Assembly (NCBI GenBank): GCA_032249155.1
Contig: JAVVGJ010000003.1
Span: 1-37,491 of the forward strand
Direction: 5' to 3'
DNA length: 37,491 bases
Source of the DNA: Minisyncoccota bacterium
Lineage (GTDB): Bacteria > Patescibacteriota > Minisyncoccia > UBA6257 > HR35
Part shown: piece by piece, positions 10,265-17,565 of the stretch
Layout: each line of letters opens with the position of its first letter
How positions within the stretch are numbered: position 1 is the first letter of the stretch
Translations under genes and position numbers: made by a program
The notes under the pieces: model-generated
What the model was told of the DNA's origin: nothing
The model's input: the letters and a program-made list of their open reading frames with translations, nothing else
Database searches by the model: none

Positions 10265-11846
10265 ATCACCTACAAAAGCAAAAACTATAAAAAAATTTTT
10301 GAAAGATTATTTTGTTTTAGCTACTTATGGGCATCTTTTAGATTTACCTTCAAATTCTTTCGGTATTTATTTAAAAAATAATCAAATAGAAGCTAAATAT
10401 GTTCCTTTAAAAGGCAAAAATAAAATTATTAAAAAGATCAAAGAAATTGGAAGTAAGGCTGAAATAATAATCTTGGCCACTGATCCTGACAGAGAAGGTG
10501 AAATGATTGCTAAAGAAGTGGAAATGATTTTACCAAAAAAGGAGCATAAAAAAATAAAAAGAGTTTATATTCATGAAATTACTCCTTTTAGCGTTTTAAA
10601 GGCTTTAAAAAATTTATCTTCAATTAATGAAAATTTAGTTAATGCCCAAAAAGGAAGAAGGTATTTAGATAGAATTTTTGGTTATACAGTTTCTCCGCTT
10701 TTATGGAAAATAGAAAAAAATCTTTCTGCTGGAAGAGTACAGTCGGCTGCTTTAAGGATTATTATTGAAAGAGAAGAAGAAATCAAAAATTTTAAAAAAG
10801 AAGAATATTTTCAAATCTATCTCATTTTAGAAAATTTTCCTTTAAAAGCAGTTTTAACTGATAAAAATTTAAAACCATTAAACTTACATAGAGAGGAGTT
10901 AGATAAAATTAAAAAAGAAATTTTTCAAATTAAAGAACTAAAGCTAGAAAAATTTATTGAAGAAGAAAAGAAAATTTATCCACCGCTTCTTTTAGATACT
11001 GAAAATTTACAAAGATTAGCTTATAAGTTTTTAAAATTTCCTCCAAAAAAGACAATGTTTATAGCCCAAAAATTATTTGAGTCCGGTTTTATTACTTATC
11101 ATCGAACAGATAGTCACTATATTGATAGAAATTTTTCTTTAAAAATTAGAGATTTCATTATTCAAAACTACGGAGAAAATTATTTTTCTTTTCCAAGATA
11201 TAAAAAGGAAAAAATTAGTTTTGAGGCTCATGAAGCCATCAGACCAACATTTTTAGAAAAGCCAAAATTAACTGGAGATTTTTTAAAGTTATGGCAACTT
11301 ATTTTGATGATAACTCTTTCAAGTCATTTTAAACCTTTAGAATATTTAGAAACAAAATATATCTTTTCATCTAATAATTTTTATTTTCTTTCTCTAAACA
11401 AAAGCTTAATTTTTGATGGTTTCAGTAAAATTTACCCTCTTAAAGAAAAATTTTTACCTAAAATTAAAGTCAAAGAAGGAGAAAATTTTTCTGTTTTAGA
11501 TTTTGAAATTAAGAAAATTGAGACCAAACCACCTTCAAGATTTACTGAAGCAAGCTTAATTAAAAAAATGAAAGATTTGGGAATTGGGAGACCTTCAACT
11601 TACGTTCAAACTATAGAAATTTTGAAAAAGAGAAAATATGCTCTTAAAGAAAAAAATTTTTTAAAGCCTACAGAACTTGGTTATAAAGTTTATCAATTTT
11701 TGAAAGAAAACTATCCGGAATTTATTGATTTGAAATTTACAGCTTTAATGGAAGAAAAACTTGATGAGATTGCTTTAAATAAATTGGATTATCAAAAATT
11801 TGTCATTGATTTTTGGCAAAAAATAGACAAAGATATTACTTTTTAA
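10245..11846 (+). CDS. topA: DNA topoisomerase I, core domains only (no C-terminal zinc-ribbon region)
   Basis: Start moved to ATG 10245 (MKIIIVESPTKAKTI, TOPRIM). The DxD motif is ILATDPDREGE and the active-site Tyr context is GFITYHRTDS. The 533-aa product ends right after the conserved core. Confidence 0.88.
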   Translation: MKIIIVESPTKAKTIKKFLKDYFVLATYGHLLDLPSNSFGIYLKNNQIEAKYVPLKGKNKIIKKIKEIGSKAEIIILATDPDREGEMIAKEVEMILPKKEHKKIKRVYIHEITPFSVLKALKNLSSINENLVNAQKGRRYLDRIFGYTVSPLLWKIEKNLSAGRVQSAALRIIIEREEEIKNFKKEEYFQIYLILENFPLKAVLTDKNLKPLNLHREELDKIKKEIFQIKELKLEKFIEEEKKIYPPLLLDTENLQRLAYKFLKFPPKKTMFIAQKLFESGFITYHRTDSHYIDRNFSLKIRDFIIQNYGENYFSFPRYKKEKISFEAHEAIRPTFLEKPKLTGDFLKLWQLILMITLSSHFKPLEYLETKYIFSSNNFYFLSLNKSLIFDGFSKIYPLKEKFLPKIKVKEGENFSVLDFEIKKIETKPPSRFTEASLIKKMKDLGIGRPSTYVQTIEILKKRKYALKEKNFLKPTELGYKVYQFLKENYPEFIDLKFTALMEEKLDEIALNKLDYQKFVIDFWQKIDKDITF

Positions 11847-12129
11847 TACTTTTTATGAGTTTTTTGAAGGCATCGTTTATAGCTTGATAAAAGTTTTTTC
11901 CTAAGCCAAAAGCAATATTAGCTGTTCTTTTAGGAGTATCAAAAATAATTTTGACCTTATAAAGACCTTTCTTTTCTCTAACCTCTTTATCTTTTTTAAT
12001 TTCTACTTCTAAAATTCCTTCTCCTTCTTTCTTTTCTATAAAAGAAAGTTTTTGGCTTTTTCTTTTTATAAAATTAATAACGTCTTGAGGTAAATTTTTT
12101 AGATTTTTTAAATAATAAACTATTTTCAT
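11836..12129 (-). CDS. Ribosome hibernation factor-like protein (HPF/YfiA, S30AE family)
   Basis: 97 aa. The C-terminal NFYQAINDAFKKLIKSIKK aligns by eye with the YfiA/HPF motif (D)MYxAIDxxxDKLERQLxK, and the N-terminal beta-alpha pattern is similar. Confidence 0.55.
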   Translation of the reverse strand: MKIVYYLKNLKNLPQDVINFIKRKSQKLSFIEKKEGEGILEVEIKKDKEVREKKGLYKVKIIFDTPKRTANIAFGLGKNFYQAINDAFKKLIKSIKK

Positions 12130-12133
12130 TTTG

Positions 12134-12216
12134 TGCCCGGGGCGGGATTCGAACCCGCACGGCTCATCGCCACTGCCCCCTCAAGACAGCGCGTCTACCA
12201 ATTCCGCCACCCGGGC
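12134..12216 (-). tRNA. tRNA-Leu (anticodon GAG)
   Basis: Cloverleaf on the reverse complement. Acceptor GCCCGGG/CCCGGGC, anticodon stem CTGTC/GGCAG with loop TTGAGGG, long variable arm, T-arm GCGGG-TTCGAAT-CCCGC, discriminator A. CCA is not encoded. Confidence 0.9.
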
Positions 12217-12232
12217 CATTAATTTAATTTTA

Positions 12233-12775
12233 TCAAAAATTCTTCTCATAAATAAAAAACTTATCTAAATATACTTCTTTTACTTTTTTATTGGGAAATT
12301 TAAATTTATAGCTAATTATTTTAGTTTTAGGACTAATTTTTTCGAAAATTTCTTCTTCTATTTCTTCTAAGAATTTTGGCAAAAGATATAAATAAATGTA
12401 GTCACATTCTTTAAGGTCTATTTTTCTTAAATCGCTTCTTATAAAATTTGCTTTACTTTTCTTAATCTTTTTAAGAATTTTTGAAAATAAATAAAGAATC
12501 AAATTGTTTTCTACTCCGTAAGCTTTCATTCCTTTTTCTTCAGCCAAAAAAACAACTCTGCCATCACCTGAACCTAAATCAAAAAATATCTTCTCTTTTT
12601 CAAAAGGATAAATTTTAAAAAATTCTTCAATTATTCTTTTCTCCGAGGGAGCGAAGAAAACTTTATTTTTTATATCGTAGTAAATAAAAAGAAATGATAT
12701 TAAAATATAAAGAGAGAGCAAAATTAAAAGTATAAAAAAAATAAATAATAAGAAATAAACAAGCATTAAGTTCAT
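12233..12775 (-). CDS. Membrane-anchored class I SAM-dependent methyltransferase
   Basis: Trimmed to Met97 (MNLMLVY, ATG at 12775) because the longer ORF overlaps the HD gene. It has an N-terminal TM helix, then motif I FFDLGSGDGRVV. Confidence 0.7.
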   Translation of the reverse strand: MNLMLVYFLLFIFFILLILLSLYILISFLFIYYDIKNKVFFAPSEKRIIEEFFKIYPFEKEKIFFDLGSGDGRVVFLAEEKGMKAYGVENNLILYLFSKILKKIKKSKANFIRSDLRKIDLKECDYIYLYLLPKFLEEIEEEIFEKISPKTKIISYKFKFPNKKVKEVYLDKFFIYEKNF

Positions 12776-12812
12776 TATAAAAAATTTTGTCGAATTTAAT
12801 TTTGATAAAAAA

Positions 12813-13370
12813 ATGGATTTAAGAAAAAGAGCTTTAGAATTAATTGACGAATACATCAAAAATCCAAACTTAAAAAAACATCTTTTAGCAACAGAAAATT
12901 TAATGAGGCATTTAGCAAGAAGATTTGGTGAAAATGAAGAAATTTGGGCTTTAGCAGGACTTTTACATGACTTAGATTGGGAAATAACAAAAGAAACCCC
13001 AGAAAAACATCCACTTATTGCTGTAGAAATTTTAGAAAAAGAAGGTTTTCCAAAAGAAGTCATCTCTGCTATTAAAAAACATAATCATCTTCAAGGCTTG
13101 ATTCCGGAAACAAATTTAGAAAAAGCTTTATATACTTGTGAAGAAATTACTGGGCTTATTGTTGCTGTAGCTTTGGTTATGCCAAATAAAAAATTAAGTG
13201 AAGTGACTGTAGAAAGAATTTTAAGTAAATTTAAAGAGCCTTCTTTTGCTAAAGGAGTTAATCGAGAAATAATTTTAAAAGCAGAAGAAATGTTAGGATT
13301 AAAATTAGAAGAACTTGCAGAAATAGCTTTAAAAGCAATGCAAGAAATTAGCGATGAACTAGGTCTTTAG
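12813..13370 (+). CDS. HD-domain phosphohydrolase
   Basis: 185 aa. H...HD pattern (KKHLLATENLMRHLA...AGLLHDLDWE) typical of small HD-superfamily hydrolases. Confidence 0.8.
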   Translation: MDLRKRALELIDEYIKNPNLKKHLLATENLMRHLARRFGENEEIWALAGLLHDLDWEITKETPEKHPLIAVEILEKEGFPKEVISAIKKHNHLQGLIPETNLEKALYTCEEITGLIVAVALVMPNKKLSEVTVERILSKFKEPSFAKGVNREIILKAEEMLGLKLEELAEIALKAMQEISDELGL

Positions 13371-13444
13371 CGGGGGAGGCAGGATTCGAACCTGCAACCT
13401 GCGGTTTTGGAGACCGCCGCTCTACCAATTGGAGCTACTCCCCC
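13371..13444 (-). tRNA. tRNA-Trp (anticodon CCA)
   Basis: The reverse complement reads GGGGGAGTAGCTCAATTGGTAGAGCGGCGGTCTCCAAAACCGCAGGTTGCAGGTTCGAATCCTGCCTCCCCCG. The anticodon loop is CTCCAAA. Confidence 0.9.
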
Positions 13445-13606
13445 TCATTTTTTTGCCTCTTTGTGTGCTGTATGTTTTCTGCAATTTTTACAATATTTTC
13501 TAAAATTTAGCTTATATTCAGCTCCTTTCTTTTTCCAGTAATAATAATTAATCGAATTACATTCTGAACATCTAACTTTTACCAAACTTCTATTTTTACT
13601 AGCCAT
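13445..13606 (-). CDS. rpmG: 50S ribosomal protein L33
   Basis: Not in the ORF track (53 aa). Hand translation gives MASKNRSLVKVRCSECNSINYYYWKKKGAEYKLNFRKYCKNCRKHTAHKEAKK, with the L33 CxxC...CxxC zinc ribbon and the KHTxHKE motif. The TGA stop abuts tRNA-Trp. Confidence 0.85.
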   Translation of the reverse strand: MASKNRSLVKVRCSECNSINYYYWKKKGAEYKLNFRKYCKNCRKHTAHKEAKK

Positions 13607-13614
13607 TAGTTTAA

Positions 13615-14598
13615 TTATAACATAAATTTCTTAAATATAAATCTAAGTGCTTTTCTAAGTTTTTTGGGAGAATGTTTAAAATAAGTATCCTTAACCAAAG
13701 CTAAATCTTTTTCAATAACTTTAACACCTAATTTTTCTAAATTCTTTTTATCAATTTCAACAATCTCTTTATTTTCTTCTTTAATTTTCTTTAAAAATTC
13801 TTTTTTAGGTTTAGTTTTACTTGCTAAAACTATATCTATTTTTTTTAGTCCTGAAATCCTTAAAAATTCTTTTAAATGATCGCTGGCTTTGAAAAAATCT
13901 GTTTCTCCTGGTTGCGTTAAAAGATTTAAAATAAATATTTTAATAGCTTTACTTTTGTTTATTTCTTCACTTACTTTTTCTATTAAAAAATTAGGCAAAA
14001 TACTCGTATATAAGCTTCCAGGACCTATCAAAATAAAATTAGCTTCTCTTATTCTTTTAAGAGCTAAAGGTGTTGGTTTCGGTTTTTTAGGATATAAAAA
14101 AAGATTTTTTATTTTAACTTTGTTTTGCAAAGTATATTCAGGAATTTTATCTTCTCCAATTATTTTTTTACCATTTTCAAAGATGGCTCCAAGATGAATA
14201 TTTTCTGTAGTTATAGGAATAACTTCTCCTTTTATTTTTAAAATTTTTGAAGCTATTTTCACTGCTTTTTCAAAATTGCCTTGAGTTTCCATTAGGGCTA
14301 CTAAAAATAAATTGCCTAAAGGATGGTTTTTTAAGCCTTTGCCTTTAAATCTATACTGAAAAGCTTTTTTTACATAGTTTTCGATATCTGAAAGTGCTAA
14401 AAGACAGTTTCTAATATCTCCTATAGCCGGAATTTCATAAATCTTTCTTAAAATACCTGCACTTCCTCCTGAATCAAAAGTGGTTACTAAGGCAGATAAA
14501 TTTTTAATTCTTTTATAAACATCGTCTTTTAACGCTGATAAAAGCTGTGAAAGACCAGTGCCTCCTCCAATACACACAATATTAATTTTTTTCTTCAT
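13615..14598 (-). CDS. yvcK: YvcK / CofD-like gluconeogenesis factor family protein
   Basis: 327 aa. N-terminal INIVCIGGGTGLSQLLSALK and downstream FDSGGSAG and GPGSLYTSILPNFL motifs are characteristic of UPF0052/YvcK. Confidence 0.85.
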   Translation of the reverse strand: MKKKINIVCIGGGTGLSQLLSALKDDVYKRIKNLSALVTTFDSGGSAGILRKIYEIPAIGDIRNCLLALSDIENYVKKAFQYRFKGKGLKNHPLGNLFLVALMETQGNFEKAVKIASKILKIKGEVIPITTENIHLGAIFENGKKIIGEDKIPEYTLQNKVKIKNLFLYPKKPKPTPLALKRIREANFILIGPGSLYTSILPNFLIEKVSEEINKSKAIKIFILNLLTQPGETDFFKASDHLKEFLRISGLKKIDIVLASKTKPKKEFLKKIKEENKEIVEIDKKNLEKLGVKVIEKDLALVKDTYFKHSPKKLRKALRFIFKKFML

Positions 14599-14600
14599 TT

Positions 14601-14834
14601 TTAAAAAATTACTTGAAAAAAATTAATTAAATATTCCTCTATTTTTTCAATTTTAAATTGCGGGAAGTTTTTGTCTATAAAAGCTAAAAAATTATTAAAA
14701 CCAATTTTAAGAATTTGAACTATTTTCAAAGAATCTATTTTATTTTTTAAATCAATAAGAAAATCTTTAGGTACTAATGCCAAAATTAAAAAGAAAACTA
14801 AAATTTTAAAAAGAAAAGAAAAGATTTTATTCAT
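14601..14834 (-). CDS. Small membrane-anchored hypothetical protein
   Basis: 77 aa with one N-terminal TM helix. It overlaps the gltX stop by 8 nt and lies 2 nt upstream of yvcK, suggesting translational coupling. Confidence 0.5.
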   Translation of the reverse strand: MNKIFSFLFKILVFFLILALVPKDFLIDLKNKIDSLKIVQILKIGFNNFLAFIDKNFPQFKIEKIEEYLINFFQVIF

Positions 14835-16272
14835 TTAATTTTTCCAAAGCTTTATCAATAAGTGAAATGGTTTTTTCTTTTCCAAAAACTTCAGCAATTT
14901 CAAAAGGCGGAGGTGAAGCTTCTTTACCTGTTAGCGCTGCTCTAAGTGGCCAGAAATATTTTCCTTTTTCATTTTGAGAAAGCTTATCAAGAACTTCTTT
15001 TATTTTATCACTTTTGAAATCTTCTTCTTTAAGTTTTATAAACTCATCTCTTATTTCTTCTAAATTTTTTTTAATTTCTTCAAAAGAAGCGTTTTTCCAT
15101 AAAAGTAAGTTTTTATCATAATCAAAATCTTTAAAGAAAAATTCTACACTTAGAAGTATTTCCGTGATAGTGTTTGCTCTTTCTTTGCCCATTTCTATTA
15201 TTTTTAATACTTTTTCTTTAGAATAAATATTCCCATTTAAAGCATAAAAATTGTCTCCTTTAAATTCACCGTAAGGAGAAAAATTTATAATTTCTAAAAG
15301 ATCTTTTGAATCTTTTTGTCTAAGATAGTAGCGATTAAAGAAAATCAATTTGTTTATATTAAATCTTGCTGGAGAGGTGTTAATTTTTTCTAATTTAAAT
15401 TCTTTAATCATTTCTTCTAAAGAAATTATTTCTCTGTCTCCTTCCGGATGCCATCCTAAAAGAGCTATAAAATTTATTAAAGCTTCGGGAAGGTACCCTT
15501 CGTTTCTATATTCTTTTATACTTTTAGCACCATGTCTTTTAGAAAGTTTTGTGCCATCTGGACCTAAAATTAAGGGCAAATGAACAAAAATAGGTGGTTC
15601 CCATTCCATATATTTAAATATAAGAAGCTGTTTAGGCGTATTAGGTATATGATCTTCGCCTCTAATAACATGAGTAATTCCTTGATAGTGATCATCTACG
15701 GGTGCCGCTAAAAGATAAAGAGGACCTCTTTCATTTTTAGCAATAACAAAATCTCCTAAAAGTCTGAAATCAAATTTTATTTCACCCCTGAGAAAATCCT
15801 TAAACGTAATTATTTTTTCTGGTACTTTAAGTCTAATAACATAACTCTCTCCTCGAGAAAGTTTCTTGTTTACTTCTTCTTTAGTCAAATTTTTACATTT
15901 TCCAGAATATCTTGGAGGTTCTCCTCTTGTAAGTTGTTCTTGTCTTCTGATTTCTAACTCTTCTTTTGTGCAAAAACAATAGTAAGCGTAACCTTTATCA
16001 ATTAGTGTTTTTATAACTTTTTCATAAAGATCTAATCTTTGACTTTGCTTTACTATTTCTTCATCTGGATATAGTCCTAACCAATTTAAACTTTCAATAA
16101 TATCTTCTTCATATTCAGGTAAAGAGCGAGATTTGTCTGTGTCTTCTATTCTTAAAATAAAAGTTCCTTTTTGAGATTTGGCAAAAAGAAAATTGAAAAG
16201 AGCTGTTCTGGCGCCTCCTATATGTAAATAACCAGTTGGTGAAGGAGCAAATCTAACTCTTGGTTTTATCAT
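14827..16272 (-). CDS. gltX: Glutamate--tRNA ligase
   Basis: 481 aa with RFAPSPTGYLHIGGARTALFN (HIGH) and KLSKRHG (KMSKS-type). Confidence 0.95.
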   Translation of the reverse strand: MIKPRVRFAPSPTGYLHIGGARTALFNFLFAKSQKGTFILRIEDTDKSRSLPEYEEDIIESLNWLGLYPDEEIVKQSQRLDLYEKVIKTLIDKGYAYYCFCTKEELEIRRQEQLTRGEPPRYSGKCKNLTKEEVNKKLSRGESYVIRLKVPEKIITFKDFLRGEIKFDFRLLGDFVIAKNERGPLYLLAAPVDDHYQGITHVIRGEDHIPNTPKQLLIFKYMEWEPPIFVHLPLILGPDGTKLSKRHGAKSIKEYRNEGYLPEALINFIALLGWHPEGDREIISLEEMIKEFKLEKINTSPARFNINKLIFFNRYYLRQKDSKDLLEIINFSPYGEFKGDNFYALNGNIYSKEKVLKIIEMGKERANTITEILLSVEFFFKDFDYDKNLLLWKNASFEEIKKNLEEIRDEFIKLKEEDFKSDKIKEVLDKLSQNEKGKYFWPLRAALTGKEASPPPFEIAEVFGKEKTISLIDKALEKLNE

Positions 16273-16275
16273 TAA

Positions 16276-17565
16276 CTAAATTATACCAGGAATAAGTTCT
16301 TTTTCTAAAGGAAGCGTAACGGTTACTTTTGTACCTTTATTTTCTTCTGATTCTACTTTTATTTCTCCTCCATGAAGTTCGATAATCTTTTTAGCGAGAT
16401 AAAGTCCTATACCAAAACCTCCAACTTCTTTTTCTTTAGCTTTTTCCCCTCGATAATATTTTCTAAATAAATTTTTTAAATCTTTTTCTGTCATACCAAT
16501 ACCTGTATCTTTTACTTCAATTTTGATATATGGCCTTCCTTCAATTTTTTCTGCTAAAATATTTATTTCTCCAAATTCTTTATTATAAATAACAGCATTT
16601 TCAGTTATGGTAAAAAGACAAAGGAAAATAAGATTTTCGTCTCCATAAATTTTTCTTGCTTTTTCATAAATTTCTACATTGACATTTATTTTCTTCTCTT
16701 CAATTTTTCTTTTTAGGATTTTTAATATCTTTTTAAAAATTTCATCAATATAAACTTCAGTTAAATTCAAACTTAAAGATTCTTTTTCTGCTCTTATAAA
16801 ATTAAGAATGTTTTGAGAAAAAACTATAGTCGTAGTGACAATATCTAAAATGTTTTCTATTATTTTTTTATTTTCTTCATCAAGCTTTTCTTCATCTAAA
16901 CTTTCTAAAAGCCATCTTATTTCTGAAAGAGGAGTCAAAAGGTTATGAGAAACAATTTGAATAAATTCAATTCTTTTTTTACTTTCGATAACATCTTTTG
17001 TTTTTTCAATAATCAATCTAAATTTATATATTTTTCCATCTATTTCTTCATCAAAATAGCTAATAGTAAAATATCTTTCTTCAGGAAAAGAAAATTTAAC
17101 TTCAATTATTTCCAATGGTTTTTCAGAAACAATTTGAATTTCTTCTCCGTTAATAAAAGGGAAAAAGAGATTGCCTAAAATTTCGTATGTTTTATTTTTT
17201 ATCATCCATTGACCTACTTCCAAATTTTTGAGATCTTCCCTTTTCAAATTAACTATTTCAGCAAATTTTTCGTTAGCATAAAAGATTTTCAAATTTTCAT
17301 CATAAATAACTATTCCTTCTTGAAGGTTGCCTAAAATTTTTTCTAAAAAAGGAAAAAAAGAAGGTTTTTCTTTAGTCTGCTTTTTTTTAAGATAAAGATC
17401 TAAGAAAAGGAAATTAAGATTAAAAAGAATGGCTAAAAATAAAAAAATCTTAAGCAAATTAAAATCTTTGATAAAAAAGGAAACAAACAGAAAAAAGATT
17501 ATAAAAATTAAAAAATAAAAATAAATATCTTTTCTTATTTTTTCTAAAATGTCTTTTGGTTTCAT
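16276..17565 (-). CDS. Sensor histidine kinase (2 TM, PAS-like, HisKA, HATPase_c)
   Basis: H-box FIQIVSHNLLTPLSEI, an N-box region and the G-boxes DTGIGMT and GGFGIGLYLAKKIIELHGG. No response regulator lies in the window. Confidence 0.85.
   Translation of the reverse strand: MKPKDILEKIRKDIYFYFLIFIIFFLFVSFFIKDFNLLKIFLFLAILFNLNFLFLDLYLKKKQTKEKPSFFPFLEKILGNLQEGIVIYDENLKIFYANEKFAEIVNLKREDLKNLEVGQWMIKNKTYEILGNLFFPFINGEEIQIVSEKPLEIIEVKFSFPEERYFTISYFDEEIDGKIYKFRLIIEKTKDVIESKKRIEFIQIVSHNLLTPLSEIRWLLESLDEEKLDEENKKIIENILDIVTTTIVFSQNILNFIRAEKESLSLNLTEVYIDEIFKKILKILKRKIEEKKINVNVEIYEKARKIYGDENLIFLCLFTITENAVIYNKEFGEINILAEKIEGRPYIKIEVKDTGIGMTEKDLKNLFRKYYRGEKAKEKEVGGFGIGLYLAKKIIELHGGEIKVESEENKGTKVTVTLPLEKELIPGII

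Noticed and set aside
12776-13063. The 5' 96 codons of the 12233..13063 ORF.
   Set aside because: This part is antisense to the well-supported HD-domain gene and has a low-complexity Ser/Cys/Phe composition. The methyltransferase starts at Met97 (12775).
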